Below, piece after piece: positions 48,801 through 58,298 of a stretch of DNA of 64,000 nucleotides (position 1 is its first letter; the number at the start of each line of letters is the position of its first letter). The DNA lies in IMG/VR virus record IMGVR_UViG_3300023049_000005, positions 206,757 through 270,756 of that record, one strand, 5' to 3'. Below the pieces are notes generated by a model. That model saw only the letters and a list, made by a program, of their open reading frames with translations. It searched no databases and was not told the origin of the DNA. Position numbers and translations under genes: made by a program.

Positions 48801-49842
48801 TCATTGGTTCATTTAGCTTTTCAATAGTCTTAGCTATACCATTATTCTTAGCAAACTCTATCATATCTAAAGTACCACTATTGATTTTATTATAAATTTC
48901 TTCATATTTGGATTTTAATGATCCTTTTGGTATGTCTGTCATATCATATATCCTATTTAAATCAACGGCATTATTATTTTTGTTCTGTGATCCACCATGT
49001 AAGGTTTTACCTTTAGGGTCAATAGTAATCCCAAATTCTGAGTTAGGGTTAGATGCGGGTAAGTTAAAGTTGAATATGAAATATTGTGTATTATATTTAC
49101 TTTTATCTAAATAACTATCATAATAATTATCGCTATATACTATACACCATTTTTCTGAACCTAAGTTACACACGTGTTCCTTATCACTTGTTTCTATGGC
49201 TAATATGTTATTCTGATTATATACGATATTAATATCATGTTTCTTTACGTATTCTAATACTTCTTTCTTTCTCTCATTAACATCGGATTTATTAATAAAT
49301 TTATCTAATGTATCTAGAAACTCACTGATCGAAATATCATTCTTTTCGAAATATTTCAAAGGTGTGAATAGTTTTTTGTAATCTTCTTTTAGATCCATAA
49401 AAGACAATGCAAGTTGGTTGAACTTTTCCATTCCTTCTTCTCCTAATCTATCTACTTCACTTCTCATACTACTGTATAAAGATTTGTAGAATTTTTTAAT
49501 CTTAATTTGATCTTCAAGTTGTACTATATCATCTGATATTTTTTCTAAACTATCATATTGAATTAGGTTCTTAGGAAGTTGTTTGGATATGTTTTTGTTT
49601 TCTTTATACCACTCTATTATTTCTCTAGCTTTTTCTAAGGCTCTCTCTTTGTTTTCTTCTTGGAAAATTAGTTTTGTAAAAACATAAACTAAGTTCGGGA
49701 ACTTTTTAAGTAGTTCTCTAATAGCCTCAAATATTACACTGTTGTCTTGATCGACATCAATATTATATTCCTTCTTTAAAAAAGATTTTGCTTGTTTTAT
49801 ATTCTCTTTAAGTAAATATGTGTTTTTATCTAAGATAAACAT
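45805..49842 (-). CDS. 1345-aa multidomain protein: CxLGSxxWCI module (paralog 3 of 3) plus C-terminal ART-like domain
   Basis: VCNLGSEKWCIV...QYFIFN...SEFGIT; internal NESVVLKYSDFIKEE, then VYR...LGEHWC...HELEVNL. Confidence 0.7.
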   Translation of the reverse strand: MFILDKNTYLLKENIKQAKSFLKKEYNIDVDQDNSVIFEAIRELLKKFPNLVYVFTKLIFQEENKERALEKAREIIEWYKENKNISKQLPKNLIQYDSLEKISDDIVQLEDQIKIKKFYKSLYSSMRSEVDRLGEEGMEKFNQLALSFMDLKEDYKKLFTPLKYFEKNDISISEFLDTLDKFINKSDVNERKKEVLEYVKKHDINIVYNQNNILAIETSDKEHVCNLGSEKWCIVYSDNYYDSYLDKSKYNTQYFIFNFNLPASNPNSEFGITIDPKGKTLHGGSQNKNNNAVDLNRIYDMTDIPKGSLKSKYEEIYNKINSGTLDMIEFAKNNGIAKTIEKLNEPMKIGDIEVNIPKESLKYFQEDNQDSKVLFNSLFYYNDLIGLLKGLKELENATDAALFFNALGFESKGKSLKSIFNTYEIISAHKVTEEIGVEFLELVLSYFYFSSNLEQRILEYLTGNNGGYLILIDFVTKSGVVDSPRQEIYVSSYNMLSKRNFEAFYDILEKGNSKLYEVYEKSVVSLEFREDMKLLTSEQYEKMLNIEQVANSRELPKFLSMLIKTEEAVKLFDKDMFYLIASKELTKPLAEYLSNKEDLTEINRIIKQINKLDKEVYPYIRDVSNEFKIDRKVITKVITDLKAISETEELLNYVISNEYIFSWLVLDLSMVLQAHKKEEYNIKELFTIIVILKMVKSNASARQLRKLVVEDNIVNIKDINDFPKIQEQIDDMINNKEVGLNGMKKYFNQSDIYNKMPSKPTVNDFEKEIEMFLGELLELLFDEVKTFETFGDYYSFFNKYDRLIKREYLMVNDDEEDQLDYISDNLHRVLTTWAGEKDEVILSKYNKNNIGLDTQIVKYLNETSMDTLCDKLYYEDHTEDLDVVKLIGYSIANNEELLEKYLEEGNSFALLSLAYHDTKYNKVFYENIGMSYDKEEEAWVYETTLSDLEDLYDSSGMNFSLENYYDMFDAWHNDFNYFEESGIFDEITVHNLRDIISIIKSDGLDINTSAIDKYTESSYSYKKSQELYSEDAELRQLRNDIESVLKEDYETEDEDFYDDFEADQIIDAINGAYSQTEADAQGSKWFDNTINELDKILKYFKNNSLIKYTNGGIEVIPDIWEMCDNEYFLSNLRDYSGLEEFEVSNMFNAYTEAEGKFSPDSGDNNYVSFDDNDYEDYNERLNDRLYEFIPREANESVVLKYSDFIKEELDQRFISEFEDGDRAEEEWEYYNNMIKTLNKKGGEVYRLVFLDNISDLDDKELGEHWCLEFDQLSNFYDSLEETEGELPYIIKGYLKPNQIDTNKSIETFKQLPHELEVNLKGEPFKFEVGAYRGTPKADSIWGNRI

Positions 49843-49885
49843 TTAAGGTATATATATTTTGTTTTATATATTAAATATATAAGCT

Positions 49886-50380
49886 ATGAAACACATCTTA
49901 GAATACAATTCTTTTAGTGATAACCAAGTAATATTAGACTTTATTAAACATAGTTTACAAGAAGGAGAAGAAACCTTTAAGGCAATGAAAGAAGCCTTAG
50001 AAGACGATTCAATATCATTTAACGTCAAGTTTTCTCTATTTGATATAGACTATATTGATCCTAAGAATTATAAAGGTGAAGATTTTGATGAAGAAGAAAA
50101 AGAAATATTTAAAAAAGAATTTAAAGGAGTGAAGTATATTTCATATTTTAGGTTCAGAGAATATGGAATGGGGACACAGGAAGAGATTGATAATTTTTAT
50201 TATTATGAGAATGGAGCATTTAAAGATATCGTTGGTGATGCTCACTCTTACTTACGTTATTTACTAGATGATTTAGATTACACTTTCCAAGAAGGTCTTG
50301 AAATAAAAATGGTTACTTATGACAATTGGTTAGAGTATACTGCTAAGACCGCAGATATGATCAAAACGCTTAACCAATAA
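49886..50380 (+). CDS. Tagged protein (MKHILEYNSF...MIKTLNQ family)
   Basis: Same termini as the 5555 and 6082 proteins. Confidence 0.7.
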   Translation: MKHILEYNSFSDNQVILDFIKHSLQEGEETFKAMKEALEDDSISFNVKFSLFDIDYIDPKNYKGEDFDEEEKEIFKKEFKGVKYISYFRFREYGMGTQEEIDNFYYYENGAFKDIVGDAHSYLRYLLDDLDYTFQEGLEIKMVTYDNWLEYTAKTADMIKTLNQ

Positions 50381-50407
50381 TAAGAATTTAATATATAAGA
50401 TATAAAA

Positions 50408-51466
50408 ATGTTTACTATTATGAAGATAAGAAAATTCAATGAAAAAGTGGTTGTACCCAATGCTGATAAGTTCAATATTATATCAGAAGTTAAGGATAAA
50501 TTTAAAAAAGGAGAGATCAAAGATCTACAAGAATTGAATGAGTTAACTGTTCCTCAGGGGTTTAAATTTATAAAACACTCAGAGTTCTCTGAACTAATGA
50601 AAGATGTTAAAGACGTAGCAGAAACAATGCCGAAGAAAGGCGATAGACAAATGATACCTCATGTTCTTTGGTTTATGATAATGAATAAGAAAACAAATTT
50701 GATTAATATTGTACTTGATGATAATTTCGACAATAACTTTAAATTGCACATGAATAAGTTATTAGATTTTCCTGTTTTAGTATCTATATTAAAACACGAG
50801 GATATTCATAGACAACAGATTGAAAGAATGGGTGATAGTAAATATTACATAGTAAGAGATCCTAATGACAGGAAAAAATATTTTTCTGATCCAAATGAGA
50901 TAATGGCTTTTGCTTATTCAATAATTGAGGACTTAAAAAACGATGGGTTTTCAAGAGATGAAATCTTAAATAAACTTAAAGATGGTGATTTATCTTTCTC
51001 TATGGGCAGAATGATGACAGGTGGAAGATCGTCTTTTCACCCAATATATTTTGATTATGTAGAAAATTTAGAAAAAAACAGTAAAGAATTTAAAAAATTA
51101 CAAAAATATATGTACCTTTACACCATTGAATTGTTTGACAAAGACAAGACGGAAAAAAACGTACACGATAAAATTAATTTAAACGACGAAATGAGTAAAA
51201 TTAAGAAATTTGAAGCTTTTGTAGAAAGTGTAACAGTGGCTAACCAACCACAAACAGCACCTACAAAACCAGGTGTGAAGCCTGCTGACCCTGGGACGAA
51301 GCCACAAAAGCCTAACCCAAGAAGAAGAATTAAACCAAGTGTTGACCCAAGACCAAAAGCAGAAGCAGAAGATCTTATCAATAACCTTATTGATAAATTT
51401 GATGACGAAGCTACAACTAGTGTTAAAAAAGAAATAATAGAATATTATGGCAAAAAGAATAGATAG
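50408..51466 (+). CDS. Zincin-like metallopeptidase fused to a second tagged Pro-rich peptide
   Basis: LKHEDIHRQQ...YFSDPNEIMAFA; internal MSKIKKFEAFVES at 51191, then PTKPGVKPADPGTKP; late promoter at 50389-50397. Confidence 0.65.
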   Translation: MFTIMKIRKFNEKVVVPNADKFNIISEVKDKFKKGEIKDLQELNELTVPQGFKFIKHSEFSELMKDVKDVAETMPKKGDRQMIPHVLWFMIMNKKTNLINIVLDDNFDNNFKLHMNKLLDFPVLVSILKHEDIHRQQIERMGDSKYYIVRDPNDRKKYFSDPNEIMAFAYSIIEDLKNDGFSRDEILNKLKDGDLSFSMGRMMTGGRSSFHPIYFDYVENLEKNSKEFKKLQKYMYLYTIELFDKDKTEKNVHDKINLNDEMSKIKKFEAFVESVTVANQPQTAPTKPGVKPADPGTKPQKPNPRRRIKPSVDPRPKAEAEDLINNLIDKFDDEATTSVKKEIIEYYGKKNR

Positions 51467-53084
51467 TTTTAAAGTATTTGAAGCAAGTTTAAATGATGAC
51501 ACTAAATTAGGGTCATGGTATTTAGATGACGTAAAAAGAAGAGGTGAGGAAGAATCACAAGAGAAAATGAGACAAGGATATAATCCTATGCAAATTCCTG
51601 ATCTTTTACCAAGGCTGATGCAAATCCAAGGTGCTGACTTTAACCCAAGAACAAGAGAACTTACTTGGATCAACGAAGAAAGAAAAGAAGAATTAGAACA
51701 ACTTACTGAAAGGATCATAAGAACAGAATTCGGTTCTGTTATTAATACTTTAGGTGTGGAACTAGACTTAAAATTAGTTGGCAATAAAGAAGAATTAGAA
51801 GACGCTGCTAAGGAAATGGAAAGCGAAGCTGAGGAACTACCTGAGGAAGAAGAGGAAGAAAAAGAAGATCAGGAAGAAAAAGAAGAAGAAGAAGAAGAGG
51901 AAGAAAAAGAAGAACCTAGTGAAAGACTTCTTAATGAAGTAGAGAAAAGAAAGTTGATCAACAACATTACACAAGGTTCAGCTAAAAACACACATAGATT
52001 GATCGCATTATATAAAAATGATATAGATGACATCGATCCACGTTTATATGATATTATGGAGCGTCTTATTAAGTCGCAAGAAACCATGGAATGGGACCCG
52101 AATAATCCGTTGAACAATATGTCTGATAGAGAAAAGGGAGATATTATTAAAAATAATATGAACGGATTTGCTGATATCGATTTTGGTGATGATGAAACAG
52201 ATGATGGTAGAGATTACGATGCCTCTGCAGGTGCTTTATCGGATATGAATGACGAAGAAGATGGTGGGGGTTCAGAAGGAGAAGAACAAACACAAGCTGA
52301 AGAATATGCAGCAAGAAACCCTAAGTTAATCGCTAGGGCTTTTGATATCGTAGTATTATTACACGAATCTGTTAAGGCTATATATGAAATGATCGCTACA
52401 TCAGGTATTGTAGAAGATGAAGAAATGGCAAGAGCCGTTATGAATTACACAGATACTGTATCAGATGAATTCGAAGATCTTAAATATGGTGTTTATATCA
52501 GACAAGATTTAATTGCATTCATATCACAAAATGATAAAATCGATGATATCGAAAATGGTTTTGAGTATGTTTGGATGAAGATGGTGGATATACCTGCGAA
52601 ACAATTTGTTAAACTATTCAAATACATCTTAATTGATACTTATCATGAAGATAGATTAGAAGTTGATGTATATCATTCTTATGACCAAGCTGACATCACT
52701 CTTACAGGAACACCAATGGAAATTATTGATGGTATTGTTAATCTTATTGAAGAAGAAAACAAAACATACCAAGAAGAACTAGCTCGTTGGGAAGAACAAA
52801 ACAGAGAAGCACAAGAATGGGAAAAGGATAAAGGTCGTTACGAAGAATGGAAGGATAAAGCAGAAGACGAAGGAGAACTCGAAGGTGATAAAGAAGACGA
52901 TGAAATTGAGAAATTAATTAAACAAAGTCAAGAAAGGAATCAAGAACCTGAAAAAGATTCTGATGATTTTTCTTCTATGTCTAAGAAAGAAGTACAAGCA
53001 GAGATCGATAGAATCTTCGATGAAGAGGATATCAGTAAACCTGAGGTAAGAAGTCGTTTAGATAAACTTACTAGCCTTGTATAA
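51447..53084 (+). CDS. Highly acidic tagged protein, possibly head core/scaffold-associated
   Basis: MAKRIDSFKVFEAS; poly-Glu tracts; conserved-looking KRKLINNITQG and VLLHESVKAIYE. Confidence 0.55.
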   Translation: MAKRIDSFKVFEASLNDDTKLGSWYLDDVKRRGEEESQEKMRQGYNPMQIPDLLPRLMQIQGADFNPRTRELTWINEERKEELEQLTERIIRTEFGSVINTLGVELDLKLVGNKEELEDAAKEMESEAEELPEEEEEEKEDQEEKEEEEEEEEKEEPSERLLNEVEKRKLINNITQGSAKNTHRLIALYKNDIDDIDPRLYDIMERLIKSQETMEWDPNNPLNNMSDREKGDIIKNNMNGFADIDFGDDETDDGRDYDASAGALSDMNDEEDGGGSEGEEQTQAEEYAARNPKLIARAFDIVVLLHESVKAIYEMIATSGIVEDEEMARAVMNYTDTVSDEFEDLKYGVYIRQDLIAFISQNDKIDDIENGFEYVWMKMVDIPAKQFVKLFKYILIDTYHEDRLEVDVYHSYDQADITLTGTPMEIIDGIVNLIEEENKTYQEELARWEEQNREAQEWEKDKGRYEEWKDKAEDEGELEGDKEDDEIEKLIKQSQERNQEPEKDSDDFSSMSKKEVQAEIDRIFDEEDISKPEVRSRLDKLTSLV

Positions 53085-53601
53085 GATTTTCAACAAGCTT
53101 GATTTTTTTATAATACCTCAAAAACACAAAGGAGGAATATGGATATTACTTATCCCATTCCTCTTTTTGATTATTGATAGTATTCTTAAATTAGCGTTTT
53201 CTATAAATATGGGTATCATTGGAACATTGGTGTACCTATTAGTCCTTTTTTATTGTAACTTAATATGGTATTATAGAACTAGTAAATGGTATCTTAGAAA
53301 AACAAAGAAGATATACTATCGTGTGGTGAGTCATCATATCTATTATTTACCAATACCAAAAAAATATTTTAAAAAGGATAGGGATGTTTTTTATATGAAT
53401 CCTAAAGAAGTTGTTTCTGATTTACAAAAATCATATGAAATGATATTAGACATAGATGACATAGAAGTTATTAAGTTATTATTAACTGATAATAATACTT
53501 GCTTTCTTCATCATCCTGATATTAAAATAGAATACGTATTAGAGCCTATTGTTAAAGTAAATAAAAGAAATGAAACCATTGATGATGTTTTGAATAACTA
53601 A
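53077..53601 (+). CDS. Membrane protein with C-terminal KRNxxIDxVL tag
   Basis: Two TM segments; ends NKRNETIDDVLNN. Confidence 0.6.
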   Translation: MYKIFNKLDFFIIPQKHKGGIWILLIPFLFLIIDSILKLAFSINMGIIGTLVYLLVLFYCNLIWYYRTSKWYLRKTKKIYYRVVSHHIYYLPIPKKYFKKDRDVFYMNPKEVVSDLQKSYEMILDIDDIEVIKLLLTDNNTCFLHHPDIKIEYVLEPIVKVNKRNETIDDVLNN

Positions 53602-53641
53602 TTTTTTAATATATAGTTATAGAAAATAGATTAGATAATTA

Positions 53642-54394
53642 ATGGGATTCGACAGCATCAATGAAATATATAACACTTTACCAAATTACTTACAAATATT
53701 AGGGGCTGTTCTTGGGTTCATATTTACGGCATTTATTGTGGGTCTATTAAGTTCTGATTTCGTTAAAGATACGGTAAAAAATTTCATAAACAAAAAGTGG
53801 GAAATATTTAAGAAAAAGAAAACAGAATCAGAAGATATTAACGCCATAGATATAGATAACCACAATTTATTCAACTATATTGACTTTTGGATATATAATC
53901 AAATACCTTCTATGACACTGAGAACAAGGTACAGAACAATAGTTTTTAGAAAATATTTACATTTTTTCTTCTATACACATAAAGAAAAAATAATAGCTTT
54001 TATAAAGGATGGTGGTTATAAAGAGATAAGCAGCCAAGAACTTAAAACAAAGTTGTTAAGACTAATGACTACTATAACTATCGAAATGGAAAATAAAATG
54101 AGGAAGGGGGGAATCCCTGAGGTAATCATACTAAAGATGAAAAATGAATTAAATGATAAAAATGAATTAACTAGAGATCTTATAGAATCTATATCGGATA
54201 GTTCTTTTTATGATAGTGATGATAATCTACTGAAAATTTACTCATTTTTAAATATCATACATTCAATATTAGATAACACTATTTCTAACATTGAGCCTGT
54301 GTGTAATAATATAAATGGAGAGTTAAGTGGTTTGATAATAGAAGGTGTAACAGAACCTATATCTAAGGGGGGACATGATGGTGATGATGAATAA
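53642..54394 (+). CDS. Single-TM membrane protein (holin-like topology possible)
   Basis: N-terminal TM followed by a soluble domain; late promoter at 53607-53615. Confidence 0.45.
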   Translation: MGFDSINEIYNTLPNYLQILGAVLGFIFTAFIVGLLSSDFVKDTVKNFINKKWEIFKKKKTESEDINAIDIDNHNLFNYIDFWIYNQIPSMTLRTRYRTIVFRKYLHFFFYTHKEKIIAFIKDGGYKEISSQELKTKLLRLMTTITIEMENKMRKGGIPEVIILKMKNELNDKNELTRDLIESISDSSFYDSDDNLLKIYSFLNIIHSILDNTISNIEPVCNNINGELSGLIIEGVTEPISKGGHDGDDE

Positions 54395-54408
54395 GTAATA
54401 TATAAACT

Positions 54409-54771
54409 ATGGAAAAACAAGTAGAAAAAGATTTAAAAAGTACATATGATTTAAATGTAACATCCCTTAGGATATTTAAAACACCGTTCAAAGAATATCT
54501 GAAAGATTCTTTCGGTATTAGTGTAAAAGAGATGAAGATAGAATACAGACACTTAAATAGTGGTAGGTTATCTAATCATGGTAGAATAGGAGATCAGTCT
54601 GAATTACATATTAAATGTACTACTAATATTATAAACAATGATGTTATACTAATGGTAAAAAGAGAATTAGGTGAACTACCTAGAGCTTTTGATATAAGCG
54701 TAAGAATGGATAGTATTTTAGTTACTTTCGATTCTAAGATATTAGTCAGAGCAATAGATAAAAATAATTAA
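54409..54771 (+). CDS. Hypothetical protein
   Basis: Late promoter at 54396-54404. Confidence 0.6.
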   Translation: MEKQVEKDLKSTYDLNVTSLRIFKTPFKEYLKDSFGISVKEMKIEYRHLNSGRLSNHGRIGDQSELHIKCTTNIINNDVILMVKRELGELPRAFDISVRMDSILVTFDSKILVRAIDKNN

Positions 54772-54776
54772 TATGA

Positions 54777-56522
54777 ATGAAATTTAAGTTAACTGAAATA
54801 ACATATGAGAATCTAAAGACAGAGATCAATTTCTATTTAGAGGGTGTATACAATAAAGCTTCACAACTTTTTTCTAAGGCTTCACCTTTTGGTCAGATAT
54901 TAGATGTAGTTCAAAACCTTTTCCAATTATCAATATTATATCTTAAAAATTCGATTAATCAATTCGATTTATCTAATTCTAATAGTAATAATTATAATAT
55001 TATACGGAGTGCTGCTATTGTAGCAGGACACAACCCACAAAGAGCAGTGTCTGCTTCGGGTACAATAAGATTACAAGTACAAGTGAGTACTAATATTCAG
55101 GAAGATATTCCTGGCGCACAGATACGAATAAAAAACAAAACCACTATTAAGAATTCCACTAATAATCTATTATATCATTTAGATTTAGGTGGTGCAGATG
55201 AACAAGTTTATAACATCCAAGGAGGTGGATCTATTTACATAAACGTAGCACAAGGTGAGTGGAAGTCAGCAGATTTCACAGGTAATGGACAAATCAATCA
55301 AAGTTTTGAGATCAACCCTGAGAACAAAGATGTAGAAAATAACAAAGTAGAAGTTAGAGTAAACGGAGAACTTTGGGAAAATAAAAACCACTTATATGAA
55401 ATGTTGCCCGATGAACAAGGTGTGGTTATTAGAACAAGTTTTGATGGTGGGTTAACCGTTCTTTTTGGTAATGGTAATTATGGAGCTATACCTATTCTTG
55501 GTTCTGCTATATCAGTTTCTTATGTAGAAACCGATGGGGTAAATGGTAATATATTTAGAAGAACCGCAAACGATTGGAGATTCGTAGATGAAGTACTAAC
55601 AGGTGATGGATCTACGGTTGAGATCGAGCGTTATTTCAATATCTTTATTAATACTGACATAAACTTTGGTGTTGATAATGAGAGTTTAGAAAATATGAAA
55701 AACCTATTACCTTTAAATACTAACAACTTTGTATTAGCGTTACCTCAGCAATATGCTTATGCGATCAGAAGGATCGGAGTGTTCTCTTATGTTAATGCGT
55801 ATTTAGAGCAGAATACAATACGTATAATGGCTACCCCGAATATAAGAATATTTAAGAACCAAAACGCTGATTACTTTACAGTAAATATAGATGCGTTTTC
55901 TTTAGATGATTATGAAAGACAAAAATTAGATCAGTATTTAAGAACGGGTGGTTATATACAGCTTACACAAAAGTATAGTATTGATACACCTGCGCTTACT
56001 TATTATGTATTGTATATAAACCTACAACTATTTGATGATGCTGTTGAGGAAAATATAAACAATGAAATTATAGAAGCAGTTAGTGAGTATTTCTTAAATC
56101 TTAATAGATTAGACCGTATTCCTAGAAAAGATATCATTAACTTGATATCTGATATCAATGGGGTCGATTCAGTAACTGTTAAATTTTTATCTAAAAATAA
56201 CGAAGACTACCATAGACGGTTTGTTCTTGCTCAAAGAAATTCAGAACAAGCTAGAAATCAAAACAGAATAGATAGTGGAGTAGAAACATTAACAGAAGCT
56301 TTACCACAAGGTATACCTAACGGATATCAGAAAAATAGAGTAGTTGGTTTAGATCCCGTATTAGGTGATATAATTTTTAATCCAAATGAGTATCCTATAA
56401 TCAGAGGTGGTTGGACAGATAGAAATGGTATATTTTATAGCGAAGAACCATTAGACGGGTTTTCTAGTGTGAATATAAACGTTACGGGGTTCACTCCGAG
56501 AACAAGTGTTAATGATAGATAA
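54777..56522 (+). CDS. Baseplate wedge subunit, T4 gp6-like
   Basis: TEITYENLK, SPFGQILD, AGHNPQRAVSA, LFGNGNYGAIP, YxxTDGxxGN and GxDxESLE motifs. Confidence 0.8.
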   Translation: MKFKLTEITYENLKTEINFYLEGVYNKASQLFSKASPFGQILDVVQNLFQLSILYLKNSINQFDLSNSNSNNYNIIRSAAIVAGHNPQRAVSASGTIRLQVQVSTNIQEDIPGAQIRIKNKTTIKNSTNNLLYHLDLGGADEQVYNIQGGGSIYINVAQGEWKSADFTGNGQINQSFEINPENKDVENNKVEVRVNGELWENKNHLYEMLPDEQGVVIRTSFDGGLTVLFGNGNYGAIPILGSAISVSYVETDGVNGNIFRRTANDWRFVDEVLTGDGSTVEIERYFNIFINTDINFGVDNESLENMKNLLPLNTNNFVLALPQQYAYAIRRIGVFSYVNAYLEQNTIRIMATPNIRIFKNQNADYFTVNIDAFSLDDYERQKLDQYLRTGGYIQLTQKYSIDTPALTYYVLYINLQLFDDAVEENINNEIIEAVSEYFLNLNRLDRIPRKDIINLISDINGVDSVTVKFLSKNNEDYHRRFVLAQRNSEQARNQNRIDSGVETLTEALPQGIPNGYQKNRVVGLDPVLGDIIFNPNEYPIIRGGWTDRNGIFYSEEPLDGFSSVNINVTGFTPRTSVNDR

Positions 56523-56776
56523 TGTTAGTAAAGAAGAAAGAAATAAAAGAATTATATGATCTAAAACATCATAATGATAGTTACCCTAAGGGGTTTAACT
56601 ATTTCGATAGTATCTTAAAGAAAACAGTATCTCCTTATGTGTTCCAAAACGATAACACAAATGGATTCTTATTAAGATTAGAACCTATTATGGCTCTTTT
56701 CTTCGATAAAGTTAATGTTATGAGAAATTGGAAGAATTGGTATGTGGATAAATATAAAAATGACCATATTAAATAA
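56522..56776 (+). CDS. Small protein coupled to baseplate gene
   Basis: TAATG overlap with the gp6-like gene. Confidence 0.55.
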   Translation: MLVKKKEIKELYDLKHHNDSYPKGFNYFDSILKKTVSPYVFQNDNTNGFLLRLEPIMALFFDKVNVMRNWKNWYVDKYKNDHIK

Positions 56777-56787
56777 AATATGAAATA

Positions 56788-57117
56788 ATGACTGAACAAG
56801 AGTTAAAATATTTAGAAGTAGGTATGAGCGTAAATTATACCGAACCATTAGATGAATCATATAGAGAAAAAGCAAAGAGTATGATCGAAGACACTGAATT
56901 TTTTGATGTTGTTTTTGATAATAGTGTTATTTGGAATTATGGTAAGGTAGATAAAATTGATTATGAGAATAACAAAGCTCTTATAAAAAGAAATACTTTT
57001 TCGGGAGACGCAGAAGAATGGAGATCTATATATGAATTAAAATTCAATGACGAGGATCAAGAAAGAATTAAAAAAATCATAAACAGAGAGACTACTATTA
57101 ATAATATATTAGACTAA
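56788..57117 (+). CDS. Hypothetical protein with C-terminal RExxIxxIL tag
   Basis: Ends IINRETTINNILD. Confidence 0.65.
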   Translation: MTEQELKYLEVGMSVNYTEPLDESYREKAKSMIEDTEFFDVVFDNSVIWNYGKVDKIDYENNKALIKRNTFSGDAEEWRSIYELKFNDEDQERIKKIINRETTINNILD

Positions 57118-57182
57118 TTATTAAAACAAACTAAAAATAGGGAATATATATTTAATATATAATATAAATCACTTTTATAAAG

Positions 57183-57878
57183 ATGGGAATTAAAAAATGG
57201 AGTAACTTTAATAACGAAGAAACAACAAACGAAAAAATGAAAACATTCACAGGAAAAAATAACGACAAGAGTAAGATGGAAGATCCTAAAAGATCACATG
57301 TATCTGCTTCTTCAGAATATGCTGATGAGATCAATCAGAATATTGTTAAACAAAAAAAGGATGTTAGTTCGAAGCAACCTGATAGGAAATATGCTACTAA
57401 GAAATTAGAGGATACTATCAAAGATGATTCCCTTTATCCACCTAAAACGGAAGACAGAGGCGTAGCTAACCTACAAGAAAACCAAAAAGTGAAATTTTAT
57501 GGTAAACTAGCTAAATTCCCTGACAATGTAAAAGCAGCAAATGCATACAATTGGATGCATAACCTAAAAGATCCTAAATTAGCTAAGAAAGACATTTGGT
57601 ATCTAATGGTAGAGAAGCAGGACAATGAGCTTCAAATGATTAAATATCAACAAAAGCAAGGTGTAAACTTAACTAAGTTCATCTTCGATCTCAAAAAATA
57701 TTACGTAGAAAAATATAAAGACAATAAAACCCTTGTTGAAAATATCTCAAACATTGAATTAGGTGGAGATAAAGAAGGTAACGTATCAACTATTAGAAAC
57801 ATACCTAATGTTACAGTAGAAAATGATACAAAATTAATCCAAAAAATAACAGAAGATTTAGTTAAATTATTGGGTTAA
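57183..57878 (+). CDS. Tagged protein (MGIKKWSNFNNEE)
   Basis: Late promoter at 57153-57161. Confidence 0.7.
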   Translation: MGIKKWSNFNNEETTNEKMKTFTGKNNDKSKMEDPKRSHVSASSEYADEINQNIVKQKKDVSSKQPDRKYATKKLEDTIKDDSLYPPKTEDRGVANLQENQKVKFYGKLAKFPDNVKAANAYNWMHNLKDPKLAKKDIWYLMVEKQDNELQMIKYQQKQGVNLTKFIFDLKKYYVEKYKDNKTLVENISNIELGGDKEGNVSTIRNIPNVTVENDTKLIQKITEDLVKLLG

Positions 57879-57896
57879 AATATTTATATATAAGAT

Positions 57897-58286
57897 ATGG
57901 AAAAACGTATTAAAAATTTTAATAACTTTGTGAACGAATCATTTTCGTCTTTGTCTGATGAAGAAAAGTCACATCTACAAATTGTTGTAGATAAATTAAA
58001 AGGCGAAACTGAGGAAAAGATACCTTATAACAGTGAGGTTGCTAATCCAAGAGGGAAAGCTAAAAATCCTTTTTATGATAGAGGATCTAGAAAATTAGAC
58101 GGTCTCGGTAAGCCATTTGCCTCTATTGTGCCTGGTTCAGTTAATAAAAAAGGTGATACAATCACTGCAGAAGTTTCTCACGGGGTTGAGTTTGAAAGTG
58201 GATTAAAAACTGAAAACAAAACACTTGTTGAAATGGACAAGAAAACTTTTGAATACACAACAAAGAAAATAGAAACTAACTTATAA
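57897..58286 (+). CDS. Tagged protein (MEKRIKNFNNFVNES)
   Basis: TTATATATA upstream. Confidence 0.7.
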   Translation: MEKRIKNFNNFVNESFSSLSDEEKSHLQIVVDKLKGETEEKIPYNSEVANPRGKAKNPFYDRGSRKLDGLGKPFASIVPGSVNKKGDTITAEVSHGVEFESGLKTENKTLVEMDKKTFEYTTKKIETNL

Positions 58287-58298
58287 AACTCTTTTAAA

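Noticed and set aside
51840-51915. GAA-rich repeat as a satellite or CRISPR-like array
   Set aside because: It simply encodes a poly-Glu tract; there is no repeat-spacer structure.
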